From Octopus vulgaris (taxonomy: Eukaryota): DNA of 124,000 nucleotides. The notes under the pieces are model-generated. The model worked only from the letters and a program-made list of their open reading frames with translations. It was not told the DNA's origin and searched no databases. The stretch is from assembly GCA_951406725.2 (NCBI GenBank), contig OX597815.1:35608001-35732000 (forward strand). The letters are read 5' to 3'. Positions 15,456 to 30,590 of the stretch are shown piece after piece (within the stretch, counting starts at the first letter, position 1; each line of letters starts with the position of its first letter). The position numbers were made by a program, and so were the translations under genes.

Positions 15456-16200
15456 TTCGATGCTGCCATCCCGAACTACAACCGGGCTCTGGCTGCCAGC
15501 GATTTTAAGGATAGTATTAGTTACATACCAGACCCTATCCCCACCAAGGGAAAGCGCCACCGGAAAGTACTGTGGTTCACACTGCCATTCTCTTTAAGCA
15601 GTAGATAAGAACTTCCTTTGTTTAATTGATAGACACTTTCCTCGTACCAATATAGTTTACGAAATATTTAATAGACATACTCTGAGACTATCTTTTAGCT
15701 GTGCACCTAGATTAAAAAAAGATTTTAGTAGGTAGACCCAGACCCAAGACTGAAGCATGATGCTCATGTAGGGTTAACACAACTTGTCCACTAAACGGCC
15801 AATGCAATACAGAAACAGTTGTTTCCGAGGCAGAAGTACAGCTTCAGGACCCAATGGACAACCGATCGTGCAGAAATATGTGGAGGCAACGGAAGGCCCC
15901 TTCAGAACCCGCTATAATAACCACAAGTCCTCATTTAACATTCTAGAGAGACTAACGCCACGACCCAAGCCAAGCACAACTGGGCTTTAGAAGAAAGCAC
16001 CACGGAGTACAGCATAAAGAGGAAGATCATGGAAAGATGCAATCCGTACTTCAATAGTAGCAGGAAGTGCAGACTATACGTGGCTGAGAAGAGATCGATT
16101 TTAAAAGGTACCTAACACCCAGATGTTTACCTCAGTAACAGGAGCGAGGTGTTTAGTCCTTTTCTGCATGAAAAAAAGTATATTCTGTCGTACCTACGCG
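15455..16200 (+). mobile_element. Penelope-like element fragment (linker plus GIY-YIG)
   Basis: RHRKVLWFTLPFS and KYVEATEGPFRTRYNNHKSSF motifs. Confidence 0.75.
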
Positions 16201-16892
16201 ACCCACCATGACTGCAACCACAGGTCCCGTGCCTCGACCTTCCGTAAACGACCTCCCGCCAATGCCCTTGGGCCCACCAAAAAGATTTTGACCAAGACAC
16301 ACACCAACGCACCCATGTACACACGCCCATCCCCATAAGGCGGACACCCCGCATATAATTATCCTCCAGCACATACACCCTCACGTAAATTGTACCCCCA
16401 CATATAAACAGACACCCCCCCACACACACACACACACATACACATATATTACACACCGTACCTAATATATAAAAAACACCAAAGTGTTGTCCTTTACAGA
16501 AAGAAAACAGAGCAACGAACACAGCGCTATATATATCTACACCCCGCGAAAAATTTATACATATGACACCGCTACACATACTATACACCACGCAGAAACA
16601 CCACATTATTAATACAAACTCTTGCCGACTTCACAACATACCTAACCAAGGGACATAACTCCCAGCTAAATCCCTGGGCCTTTTTTTCATTTCACCGACA
16701 CACGACGGGCTTCTTTCAGTTTTCCGTCAACTAAATCCACTCACTTTGATCAGCCCGAGGCTATCGTAGAAGACACTTGCCCAAGGTGCCATGCAGTGGA
16801 ACTGAACCCGGAACCATGTGGTTGGGAAGCAAGCTTCTTACCACACAGCCACGACCACATATAAATCTCTGAACGAGGTATAGGGCACAGAA

Positions 16893-17125
16893 GGCGGCGA
16901 GCTGGCAGAAACGTTAGCTGGCCGGGCGAAATGCGTAGTCGTATTTTGTCTGCCGTTACGTTCTGAGTTCAAATTCCGCCGAGGTCGACTTTGCTTTTTA
17001 TCCTTTCGGGGTCGATAAATTAAGTACCAGTTACGCACTGGGGTCGATGTAATCGACTTAATCCGTTTGTCTGTCCTTGTTTGTCCTCTCTGTGTTTAGC
17101 CCCTTGTGGGTAGTACAGAAATAGG
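16893..17125 (+). mobile_element. Full-length SINE family A with TSD
   Basis: ggcggcgagctggcagaaacg head to gaaatagg tail; flanked by a direct repeat atagggcacagaa. Confidence 0.9.
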
Positions 17126-17245
17126 CATAGGGCACAGAAAGTGTGTCAATAGCCAGCTGGAGATGATGTTCTCCCGGAGCTACAAGCTACAGTAGCATCC
17201 ACCCTTAGTGGTTAGCCACATTTAAGTGGCAAATATACTTCAAAA

Positions 17246-17344
<99 letters not shown>

Positions 17345-17691
17345 TATTGTGTGTCTTGCTTATAGGAAAATAACGAGATGGACACAGTTGAAATACTTTC
17401 AATCATAGGTTTACTTAATCAGGACCATCCCGAGATTAAACAACAACGACAATCAAATATTTATCCGCTGATATTCATTTTATCAATTAAACTATTACTC
17501 ATTCTCTGAATGTGAATCTCCCATAATTAACATCTAACTGATTTTTTTGACAGTTTTATCCCAAACTAACATTACTGATTTAAGTAGGTAGCTGTGTGCG
17601 TCAAATTCATAAGCACTGAGTACTCAACTATAACCACGGGTTAATAAATTTCAAGTGCAATGATATAGCCTCTAGGATGTCTATAATGTGT

Positions 17692-17744
<53 letters not shown>

Positions 17745-18499
17745 TGTGTGTGTGTGTGTTTCACTGTAGAAGTTCCATTCCCAAATTAAATGCAACTGAA
17801 TACAAGTAAGGCTTATCTATTCCTTTATTTAAAATACGATACGTCACAAAGTCTCTTTATTTTTGAAGTCAGAAAAGTCTCCAGAATACATCAGCTTACA
17901 AAAAAACCTGTCTATCTTTAGTAATCACTAGTGTATCTTTCAGAAACAAAATATTTGTATCTAGAAAACTTTTCGTTCTTGCGACCTTAGACTACACTCA
18001 AAAACATTTATGCACACGTACACTTATCAGCGTTTGTATAACTATTTTTGTTTGTGGATAACTGCGTAGTGAGTGCAAATTTTGTTGTGTAGATGTCACG
18101 TATGCACTCATAACACCGACCTGTGTCTACCTATTGAACTACAGCAGTACAAGATAATATATTAAACAAATGTTATCAGGGAAGATAACACTCATCTGCC
18201 ATAAATATAGTAAGATCCTGTTAGTATTAGAATATTTGGTTACAAATTTCTAGAATGAGAAAGCTAAGTATGGCAATACTGAATTCATGAACTGAAACTA
18301 GATTAAACTAAACAACGATGGTCCAACGGCAACACCTACAAAACATAGGCAGGACCATTATTGAAATAAATAATCTGCTTGCGTCAGATATGATAGAGAA
18401 ACCGTGTTTCATGAGCTGGAATCAAAATAGAAATCCACTACGCAGTCGTTTGATGTGCTGGAGATAGTAACCAAATCTCTATCGAATTACTCTCACAAA

Positions 18500-18653
<154 letters not shown>

Positions 18654-19683
18654 AACGGTGGTTATCATAGCAGCATTGCCTTTGACCATCGTCCACTCGA
18701 TTCAGTTGGAATCGTCGGGAAAAACAACCTAATCTGCTAGAGTGTATTTTAGTCATATTTACTAGTTATTCCTATCAGCACTACATACAGCACCTAACAG
18801 CCAATACTGTTTCTAGCATCTCCAAAACAATGCCATAACAATCGTTACCACCACTACTGTCACCATCACCACCAAAAGGAATCAGGGAACTTCTGTCTGA
18901 TCAATCGACCTGTTAGAAACTGAAACCAAGTTTCCCTCAAACCATACCCGCCTTTCTTGAAATTCTAAGAAGGAGAAATTAGATAATGCAATCTTAGATA
19001 CACTATATTCGATAAAAAACGGTATGGTCAAGTTTGGGACACCTTTGATCATAGGTTTAACGCCACCGAGGCTGACTTGGAGCAAAACAGTAAGAACAAC
19101 ATTAACAAAGCAACAACAACCCAACTACAATCATTACAAATGCCATTGCGACACCTTCTACCACAACCGCTAACCCACCATGACCATCAACATCACCATC
19201 ACCACTGTCATAACCACCATAACTACCTAGCAACAACCCAAACACCACCACCACCACCATCACTGTATTCATCATCATCATCGCTATCAACACTATGAAA
19301 ATGTCCTATAACTTGTATCGGATCGTTATAATTCGAACCCCGTCTTCGTGGCATTTCCTATGGGTCAATCATGCCCTTATCGACTAAGGAGGGGAAAATC
19401 TCAAATACGAGATGCAGCTGAAACCAAATGGCTTAATCAGGTATCGAAACTGCATCACATTTACTCCAAAGGACTTTACTAATGTGTGGTTGGTAATATT
19501 AGTGCATTTGTTGCCCAGTTTAACACCAACATCTGGTCCTTGGAGGGCTTTAACAGTGTCCGATTACCTGACTGGGGCTAAACAACAATAACTATTAAAA
19601 GTACCAGCAATACACTTTCTATCCAACAACACTGCACTATCACTATTAATATTAGTCTTCAATCCCAATACACCACCAATCAA

Positions 19684-19763
<80 letters not shown>

Positions 19764-20186
19764 ATACTACTACTAATACCATGAAAACAATGATCCAATC
19801 ACTGTCATCATCATCATCATTGTTATAATCGCGACCACACGCCCCATAACTCCCTAACAACAATACACCACCATCACTCACCAATGAAATTTCACAACCA
19901 ACACCACTCCCCGCCCACAATAATGCCCCTACTTTTACTACTACTACTACTACCACCACCACCACCACCACCACCACCATCACCATTCCTCATCAGATAT
20001 TCGGATTGCATGTATTAGAACTGAGTTTCAGCTTTGAAGATAACTCAATGTATCGAGGCATTGCTTCTAGGAAACGTTCACTGGTCCTACAAAAAATAGC
20101 GTTCAAATCTCTTTCAAATCACACCCTAGAGGATCAAGAGAAGAAGGATATATTGAGAAATGTAGTCCTAGATACACCATATCTGA

Positions 20187-20217
<31 letters not shown>

Positions 20218-20978
20218 CCACAGTATGATCAAGGCTACAGCCTAATTTGATCATGGCTCATCAAACAGAGGTAAAACAAGAGCGACAAGGATAACTATCT
20301 AAGGAGGAGGAAGAGGAGGAGGACAGCAACAATAACAATTACAACAGCTAAAAGTCACAAGTCATGATTTCTACCTCCAGTCGCAGGGAAGCTTTGCAAA
20401 GGTCGTGGGTGGTGCTCTTCCTCCTCTGACTAGGCCATAAAATATAAATTTAATTAAAAATGTCCTTGTTTAATAATACATTTACATGTGCGTGTGTATG
20501 CACGCGCGCGCGTGTATTTATATATGTGTATATCTATATAAATATGTATACATATATACATGTATGCATATATTGTTTGTTCCTTCTCGAGCCACCCCTG
20601 GCTCATAAGGGCAGGTTTCCCGGTTTCCTTAGCGTATAAGTACCCCACCTAGACGGGACGCCGGTCCGTCGCAGATGAACTGCAAGATGCAGGAGGAAAG
20701 ATGAGAGAAAGTTGTGGCGAAAGAGTCAGCAGAGGTTCACCATTACCTTCTGCCGGATCTGCGTGGAGCTTAGGTGTTTCGCTCATAAACACACACGTCG
20801 CCCGGTCTGAGATTCGAACCCGCGATCCCTCGACCGCGAGTCCGCTGCTCTAACCACTAGGCCATGTGCCTCCACATGCATATATGTATGTATGCATGTA
20901 TGTATGTATGTATGTATGTATGTATGTATGTATGTATGTATGTATGTATGTATGTATGTATGTATGTATGTGCATGTA

Positions 20979-21019
<41 letters not shown>

Positions 21020-21200
21020 CATGATAGACCGCTAACCATTATACATTCTTCATTTTCTCTCCTTGTTTCTTTTTGTGGAAGAGCGCAGGCTCGAAACGTT
21101 AAAAACTTTTTCACTTCCCGAGCGTTATACTAATACATCTGTTTGTTGTCTACACCACCTGCCTTCGTCTTAAATTTGTTTGTTTTTTGTGAATTCACCC

Positions 21201-21231
<31 letters not shown>

Positions 21232-22064
21232 GACACACACACAAACACATACACGCAAACATACACACACACACATACACGCACACATATACATATGTAT
21301 ATAATCACCACCATCGAGATGGCTATCAAGGCCGCCGTCACTACTTCCACCAACACCAATATCATCTTCAAAACCACCAACAGCGAAGTCAAGGTTTTAT
21401 TGTTTCTTTACAACAGTCGTTGAAACTAAAATCGCAAGACACTTGTGTCACTCTCTTTCTCTCTACTATTATATCTTGTTCACCTTCCTTTCTTCCTCTC
21501 TCTCAATTACTTCTTATTACTTGACCTTTCTTTATATTCATTCTTTTTAAGTGAAATTATACTTCATTTACGTCATCGGATGCCATATGTTGCCAAATGT
21601 CTGCATGCGTGCGCCTGTATGACTGTGAATATGTATATGAAAATAATGTGTACGAGTATATGTGTGCATGTGTACATGTGCACGTACGTGTCTGTGTGTG
21701 TAGGTTAAAGATGCACACGTGCTTCATAGTAAGCCTTTTGATTCATTTAGAAAAGGAAAACGAGGAATTTTTTTTTTGAAGTGTCCAATAATTAATTAGA
21801 ATTTAACGAAAACTATAACAATAAATATCTGTGTAGGAAATAAAATGAGATGGTGGGGTATCTCGAACATCATTTAGGAGACACACGGACGCACACGCAC
21901 AGTTATGGCAAAACATAAGTCTGTATGTATGCAAATAGTGATAAATCTTATTGCTTCCCAAGCACATATTTCCAGGTTCAGTACCACTGCATGCCACCTA
22001 CAATCTCGGGTCGACAAAAGTCTTGCGAGTGGATTTGGTGGACAGAAATTGAAAGAAGCCCGTC

Positions 22065-22098
<34 letters not shown>

Positions 22099-22101
<3 letters not shown>

Positions 22102-22548
22102 CAAAATAAGCAACAAGGATATCCATAGTTAATGCAATACGATCGTTTCATGCGACTCCATTTAACTGATCAATGTAATCATTTCATTACATCAATTTAA
22201 AATGTAGAGCAATCTTCAGCTGCACAAAGACATAGAATTTAATTAAATTAGAAGGACACATTAGTATAATTTTACCTAAAATCTCCAACAGGATAAGGAG
22301 ATAGACAAAAAACATGTTTTACCAACATCATAGTTGTAACTTATCATAGTTGTAACTACACATTAGGTATAATTATACTAATGTGTCCATCTGTTCTAAT
22401 TTAATTAAATTCTATGTCTTTGTGCAGCTGAAGATTGCTCTACATTGTAATTTGATGTAATGAAATGATTGCATTGATCAGTTAAATGGAGTCGCATGAA
22501 ACGATCGTATTGCATTACCTCTGGATATCCTTGTTGCTTATTTTGATT
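22099..22548. repeat. Fold-back inverted repeat (~175-bp arms, ~100-bp spacer)
   Basis: 22099-22271 is the reverse complement of 22371-22548; the left arm abuts (TA)n. Confidence 0.9.
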
Positions 22549-24413
22549 TAAATCACTTTATTTTGAAATTGTATGGATAATACCGTACTAAATTCTGGTG
22601 CCTCAACCTAAGTACCATATTCATCTGAATCTAAATTTATATATATATATATATATATAATGTGTGTGTTTGTCACCCACCACCGCTTTCCAACCGGTGT
22701 TGGTGTGTTTACGTCCCCGTAACTTAGTGGTTCGAGAAAGGGATTAATAGAATAAGTACCAGGCTTTAAAAAAATTGTACTGAGGTCGACTCATTCGACT
22801 AAAAATTCTACAAGTCGGTGCCCCAGCATGGCTGCAGTCTAATAACTGAAGCAAGTAATAGATAAAAAGAATAGATGATTTGCCATAAACATCCCCAAGA
22901 AATAACGATAAAATAAATCAAATATTAATCAATGGCATAGTTAGTGTGTGCGGCCCGAAACAGCCCTTGTTTCCCCACCTGCTCACGGCCCCACCAATCT
23001 TATACAGGCTTATACAACAAACTCAAAATACCGCCCCACCATAATAGCGTCGCCCGGACGAACCGTCTCCAAGTACCCGCTCCCTAACTATTCTATTGAT
23101 ATTAATTCATGAGGTTCATGCAGAACCGTGAGACTCCAAACAATAATTTGTCTGTCCATTCTAAATACGTTCTGGAAGATTCTGGTCGCAGTTATTTTTC
23201 ATCATTGGAGAACATTTCCTTTTCGATAACGTCAATGACCAGTGTAAAAGAACTTAGCGACATCGTGGTGTTTCAACCTTTTTGAGTGTCTCCTCAGATA
23301 AAGCTACCCGGACCGATAATTCTAAAAGGAGTACAGGCCCTTGTTTATAGAAATCAGCAAACAAATTATTTACTGGTATATGTTTATGTCTGCGAAACAG
23401 ATGATAATTCATGAGGCACACACAAAAAGCGAGAATCCAAACAAAAAAGTATGTATTCATTCTCAAGGCATTTTGAACACAAACATCTTGTTCTTTTTGT
23501 TATTGGAGAAGAGCCTGTATTCTTGTTAGATTCATCGGGCTGACGGAGTAGCTTCGACTGAGATGCTCAATAAGGTCGAAACACCGTGGTTTCTCATGTT
23601 CCCTTACATTTGTGAATTGCATGTGTTTTGAACAGACATCGACTAAAGAGAGATATTCTCAGACAAAAAAGAAAAAAAACCACAAAGATCAGATATTCTC
23701 ATTAGAAACTTCTAGGATATAGGGTGCACTGAGTATGAATAAATACATCATTGTAAATCAAATATCTTAAATGAATCTATGAATGGATGACATCTTAACT
23801 ACGATGTAAATGATGGTTTTAATAAGAAAAGCTACAAGAAAAATATAGACAACAAAATAGAGTAAGAACATAAGTAAGAAATTAGTGGTGACGAATAAAA
23901 GCTAAACAGAAATTATTCATCACAACGGCTTTCATTCAACATGTTCAGTCTATGTATCTAAGATCTGAATGAAAGACATCGTTTTCTACAGAGGCATGCC
24001 ACCTACATCATCGCATGTCTGTTGACTCTGTCTATGAAGAATAGATGGTGCTGTTGTTTGCTTCCATATCAGCGCATTTGTTTGTGTGTGAATGTATGCA
24101 TGTGTATTTGTATATGTAAGCGTGTGCGTCAAGAATCGTGTCTGTTTGTCTCTTACGAAGAGAGAAAATATGGCAATCGCTGATTCCAGTCATTGTTTGA
24201 ATACACTTAATCTGGTTCTTTGCGTTCTGAGTTCAAATCCTGTTATAGCCTAGATGTGTGGTAGACTTCATTCGTCGCCCAGTTTAATACCATCACTTAA
24301 TTCTTGGCTACCTTTAATTGAGTCTATTCTATTGCAAGAATTCAGGCCACAGTGTCTCCTGCTTGATGATAACAGTATGTCTGTTTGTCTGTCTGTCTCT
24401 GTCTCTGTCTGTC

Positions 24414-24487
<74 letters not shown>

Positions 24488-25754
24488 GTCCCGTAGATCC
24501 TATAAAGATTCTTTCCTGACAGAAAGATTTAAAAAAAAAACCGCCTTCGAATGTCGTATCATTTCCTTTTGATGGTAACTACTAGCGTCGAATTACACAA
24601 ATCATTAGAATCATGAGAGCGGAGCAAGAGCTCCTTGCAAACTATTCCTTGGTTGATAACCAGGGAAAGATACACATCCAGAGAAGTTGCGCAGCTTTAG
24701 AGCAAAAGATCATCAGACGAAAAACTTTGGCTTATCAGCAGAAGGTCCATGCATGGCTATGTTGTCAGAAAACTTCAACGTGAGATAGAGAGAGGTGGGG
24801 AGCCAAAGAGACAGAGATAACTAGAACACTCTATTTATCAAGCAACTGTTATATTAGCTCTTTGAACGGTATAAGTAGCGTAGCTGGGGGAGGGGGTCAG
24901 CCCCGGGCGACGCTTTTATGGGCAACATTTTTGGATCTACTGTAAAAGCTTGAATAGGCTTGGGAGCTCGGAAGGTTTGCACATTCTAGGCTTGCCTTGG
25001 GAGGCACACACTCAAGCTACTCCACTGAGTGCATTTACAGGATCTAGTTTTTTCCTTTGCAAAATATGCATTTTGTTTTTAAAAAGAAGTAAAAAATCTT
25101 AAAATCGCCTATATTAATGTAGCCTACCAGTCTCACTGCTTTGAAGGTATGATGATGTGGAGAATAAAGTTACAGAGGTTTAAAAATCGAAAAAAAAAAA
25201 CTGTATTTATAGCTAATAGCGAGACAGAATTTCTTTTTTTTCTTTTTTTTTTCTTTTTTTTTTTTTTGCGTTTAGCGGAGCGGTGTCGACTTCAAGGTTG
25301 TACCCTGTGAAATTTATAGTTTAGCGTCTGACCTGTACATTGTAGGTTTCTAAATAAACAGAAATACCTAATAAAATCAACATGTATCATCTTACTATTT
25401 CTTTTGTCTCTTCATTCATTGTATTTTTTATTATTTTTTAAAAATTTGCTATATTAATATATTTGTCTGAATACCCTAACCACTAAGCCACGCGCTTTCA
25501 CATGTTCCTGTTGAAGCCTGTCTAAAACTTTATTTGTCCATTTGTGTACCAATCATGTAAAGTTGGACTTCATGAAACCTGAAAAGTCACGACTAATTAT
25601 GAAATTAATTTACAATTCACTAATAGAAAAGTGAAAATATGTAAAGCATTCCAAAAAATTTAGACCTTTGTAGATACATATTCATGCGCAGAGACCTAAA
25701 AGCATATACGGTAAAACATACAGAACCACACATGCAATAACACCATGCGTGCAC

Positions 25755-25785
<31 letters not shown>

Positions 25786-28700
25786 TGTATGTATGTATGT
25801 ATGTATGTATGTATGTATGTATGTATGCATACATACATACATACATGCATACATACATACATGTGTATATGTATATACACACATACATGTGTATGTGTGA
25901 AAAAAATATATATAAATACACACATACATTTATATATGCATACATGGCTAGCTAGTTAATGTTTTCTAAATTCCATTGAAAACAGACTTTTTTCAGTTTG
26001 CAAACCGGCTCTTTTTCTATTGGTGAGAAATTTTAATGATAAAGCCAGGCGATCATACATACATACATACATACATACATACATACATACATACATACAT
26101 ACATACCTTATGCGTATTTCAGTATTATGTATACATGTCATGTATTTGCGTACATCGTTAATGTATGTGTGCGTGTGTGTGTGTGTGTGAAAGGGGCATT
26201 TGTCTTCAAAACTCCAAAGTTGAGTAACGTTTTTCATACTTGGATTTGTAAACTACGGTAAGAGTAACACTGGTCAACAAAGAATTTGTCCCAAAGAAAA
26301 GAATACCTGTAACTCGTGTGTTTTTGCATGCAGAATTCAAAAATAATGTCAAATTATCTGTATCACCAACAGTTTCTCTGTTCCCCGATGTCCCTCTCAG
26401 TTCCTGTTACGTAGGCTAAATTTCAGTTAAGCTGTTGAAACGTGAAGCTAACGGTTTAAGAAATACTCTTAATTTAGATTTTTATGAATAGAATTAACCT
26501 AGTGAAATCATAAATCCAGCTGAGTCAATGAGTCCCGAAAGAAGAATCAAGTGTGAAAAATCAACACAGACAACAGTGAACCACAATACAGCGTGCGGTT
26601 GTCATGGTAACAAGCTGCTAATGTCACGCCGTCTGTTGATTGGCTAAAATTACCCAAATTTCCCAACTTTAATTCCAAATAACGTCAGATTTTAAAATTT
26701 ACGTGATATAGTAATTGGTTGATCGTAATCAACATTCAAAATTGCATCGATACGCCCAAACTGAAAGCAATCTGAGCAAAATTATTTTCCTAACACAGAA
26801 AATAACAAAATACATGATGCAGAAAAAGGATAGAGACGCAGATTAAAAAACACCTGAATACACTTTCGTGGGAATTGATACTTTATATGTCACACATATC
26901 ATAAGTAATTATCTAGAGAGGCCTCCTGATGCTATCTACGTATGAAGCATAATGAGGTGGCTAAACACGGCACGTTGCGAAAATGACAGTCCTGGAGAGG
27001 AAAGGAATTTCAGTGATGTAAAGAGCGATATCCATAAAAAGGAATACGCGTGGAATATTTCTGTTTCTGGCACTCAGTCGATTACGACGACGAGGGCTCA
27101 ACGGAACCGCCAGCTCGTGGAATTAACGTGCAAGTGACTGAGCACTCCATAGACACGTGTGCCCTTAACGTAGTTTTCGGGGAGATGCAGCATGACACAG
27201 AATGTGACAAGGCTGGCCCTTTCAAATACAGGTACTACTCATTTTTGCCAGCTGAGTGGACTGGGGCAACGTGAAATAAAGTATCTTGCTCAAGGACACA
27301 ATGCGGCGCCGGGCGGGAATCGAACTCACGACCTTACAACCGTGAGCCGAATACCCTAACCACTAAGACACACGCTTTCACATGTTCCTGTTGAACCTCT
27401 GCAAAATGAAGGCACAGCAAATTTGACAATGATCCGGAACGAAGAAAAAGTGCACATTAGTCGCATTCAATTGTCGGTTGTCTTGCAGATTTAAAGAAAA
27501 AAAGGAAAGCCTGTCTAAAACTTTATCTGTCCACCTGTGAATATATTGGCCTGCCTCAGTACCAATCATGTAAAGGTGGAATTCATGAAACCAGAAAAGT
27601 TACGACTAATTATGAAATTAATTTACAATTCACTAATAGAAAAGTGAAAATATGTAAAACATTCGAAAAATTTAGACCTTTGTAGATACATTATATTCAC
27701 GCGCAGAGACCTGAAAGCATATACGGTAAAATATACAGAACCACACATGCAATAACATCCATGCGTGCACACATATATGTGTGTATATATACATACATAC
27801 ATACATACATACATACATACATACATACGTGTGTATGTGTATATAAACACACATACATGTGTATGTGTGAAAAAATATATATGCATATATATATATATAT
27901 ATATCACCGTGATCACCGTGATCACCGTGACCGACCAGGCTATCAGATGTAGTTACACATCGCTGGTCACAATGTGTTCGCATTGTTTTAGCCTTCGAAT
28001 GACGCCACCCCGCTGGCTATGCGAGCAGGCCAACAGAAGAAAGAGTGAGAGAAAGTTGTGGTGAAAGAGTACAGCAGGGATCACCACCCCCTGCCGGAGC
28101 CTCGTGGAGCTTTTAGGTGTTTTTGCTCAATAAACACTCACAACGCCCGGTCTAGGATATCGAAACCGCGATCCTACGACCGCGAGTCTGCTGCCCTAAC
28201 CACTAGGCCATTGTGCCTTTGCAAACTGAAAAAAGTCTTTTTTCAATGGAATTTAGAAAACATTAACTAGCTAGCCATGTGTGCATGTATAAATGTGTGC
28301 TTGTATTCATATGTATATGCATACATATTGATATATATATATATATTTATATATATGTATTATATATACATATATATAAATATATATATTTATCAATATG
28401 TATGCATATACATATAAATACAAGCACACATTTATACATGCACACATGGCTAGCTTGTTAATGTTTTCTAAATTCCATTGAAAAAAGACTATTTTTTTCA
28501 GTTTGCAAACCGGCTCTTTTTCTATTGGTGAGAAATTTTAATGATAAAGCCAGGCGATCGTACATACATACATACATACATACATACATACATACATACA
28601 TGCATGCATGCATGCATACATACATACATACATACATACATACATACATACATACATACATACATACATACATACATACACTAATTACACGAGTGCGAAC

Positions 28701-28850
28701 AACATCCACACATCCACCCACATATACGCACACCATATATTCACACATACCCACGAATCCTAAGAACTGTCTTGATTCAAACAAACAAGCCTTATCAGTT
28801 TCTTAGTAATCGGCTTCATTTCTCCAAAATAGAACTTAACTATTACTTAA

Positions 28851-28916
<66 letters not shown>

Positions 28917-29094
28917 TACAGTCGAATAAAGAAAATTTGGACCTCGGAACTCTACATTCAATAAAGCAGAGGCCCACAATGTGTTTACAGTGCCAGTGCT
29001 CATGCCGACATTCGGGCCGCTTAATGAGATCCGAGCCATTGATGTGAAAACCCGAAAAAATACTAACCAGCACACATAATTTCCACTTCGACAG

Positions 29095-29354
29095 TGACTC
29101 AGTCCGCCTCTAACGAAAACGAGGCGGCAAAAGATTCACATCGATCCAGACTGCCTTTGAATGTTGTTTCATATCCCATCGGCAACTCTTGTCGAAGTGC
29201 ATCACTTGACAAAGTTTGTATTCATGACGCTGATAACATCATAAGACACGGAAAGCAGCTCATTGAGCAGCACTCCTTGTCTGATAACCTTCAATACTTG
29301 CCCAAAGAAGTCACACGACTCTACTGCTATGTATCATCAGATGAAAATATGAAA
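29095..29354 (+). CDS. Candidate internal coding exon of an unidentified host gene
   Basis: TACTAAC branch point at 29061, pyrimidine-rich CAG acceptor, open frame (TQSASNENEAAK...YVSSDENMK), AA|GTATGT donor; phase 1 to 0. Confidence 0.55.
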
Positions 29355-29689
29355 GTATGTCAGCAGGATATGTTAATATATTTATTTCTTTACTACCCTC
29401 AGTGGGCTTAACACAGAGGTGACAAACAAGGACAAACGGACCAAGTCGATTAGATCGACCCCAGTGCGTAACTGGTACTTATTTAATCGACCCCGAAAGG
29501 ATGAAAGGTAAAGTCGACCTCGGCGGAATTTTAACTCAGGACGTAACGGTAGACAAGATACCGCGAAGCATTTCGCCCGGTGTGCTAACGATTCTGCCAA
29601 GCTCTGAGATGATAGTAACATTGATCGTCAAAGCAGTCTATCATGGACCGACTAAATTACTACCTCACACTTTGAAGAGTATGCGTTTG

Positions 29690-30590
29690 CAATCTAGGAA
29701 CAGGGAATATCAACCAAATACCTGATGCACAAAAGGAGCAGAGATACAGGAAAAGCTGCAAAATGTGACAACCGATGCAGACTTTGTGGAGTTAACACCG
29801 AACATATCACCCACATCATAAGCATTTGTCGGAAAATGTAATCACGGTATTATCTACCGATGAGACATGATGTTGTAGCTCGGACACTGTATAATGAAAT
29901 CCGTCGGAAGGATAACCGCGAGGACAAAGAAATAAGAACCCACAGTATGGAGGAAGCCAACGCTACTCATCATAAAAAGGAGACTCGTAGAATGTCCCAG
30001 AGAAAACCTCAATAAAACCTAAACAAATAGACCTGACACAATGATTTGGGATAGAGAAGAGAAACTGTACAGTTCTGGAAATCAGCAGCCCAGCGGATGC
30101 TAACATAAAGCTAAAGATCAGCGAAAAACAAAATACCTACGTTGAAATATTGAGAAATTTGACGCTACTCTATCCAGATTACAAGTTGAGGCTTGTACCT
30201 GTAATTATTGGGACATTGGGATATGTGACACACTACCTAAATGCCAATTTGAGAAATTAGGCTTCTCAAAACTAGAAAAGAAAAAGCTGACTCGAAGACT
30301 GCAGATCCAATCCATCACTGGAACTGTAAAAATCTGTAAAACTTTCCAGAAGTTTATCATTTAAATATACATGAGCATGTCTAGATATGCAACTATAAGC
30401 ACAAGAAAACACACAAATCTGCGCATATACATACATATAAAAATATCCTGTTGATGTTTGTTGAAATTCCAATGAAAGAACCTTGGATCTAGGTTAGAAG
30501 CCGGTTCTTTCTCTATTGGCAAAAAAAAATTTGAAATAAAACTGAATAATGACATTCATACATACACATATGAATACATATACACATACA
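29690..30590 (+). mobile_element. 3' fragment of an RLE-type non-LTR retrotransposon (R4-like) ending in TACA-rich repeats
   Basis: CRLCGVNTEHITHIISIC zinc knuckle, RHDVVA, RPD and VPVIIGTLG motifs; 3' UTR repeated at 114755-115135. Confidence 0.75.

Noticed and set aside
18882-19124. Possible minus-strand exon (VSLGGVKPMIKGVPNL...)
   Set aside because: Acceptor-like signal only; no recognisable domain or partner exon.
20800-20877. tRNA gene-like sequences (SINE heads throughout)
   Set aside because: A/B boxes are present but continue into SINE bodies; no complete cloverleaf.
23537-23600. Hammerhead-like CUGAGA...GAAAC string
   Set aside because: Core is one base short, and stems I and II do not pair convincingly.
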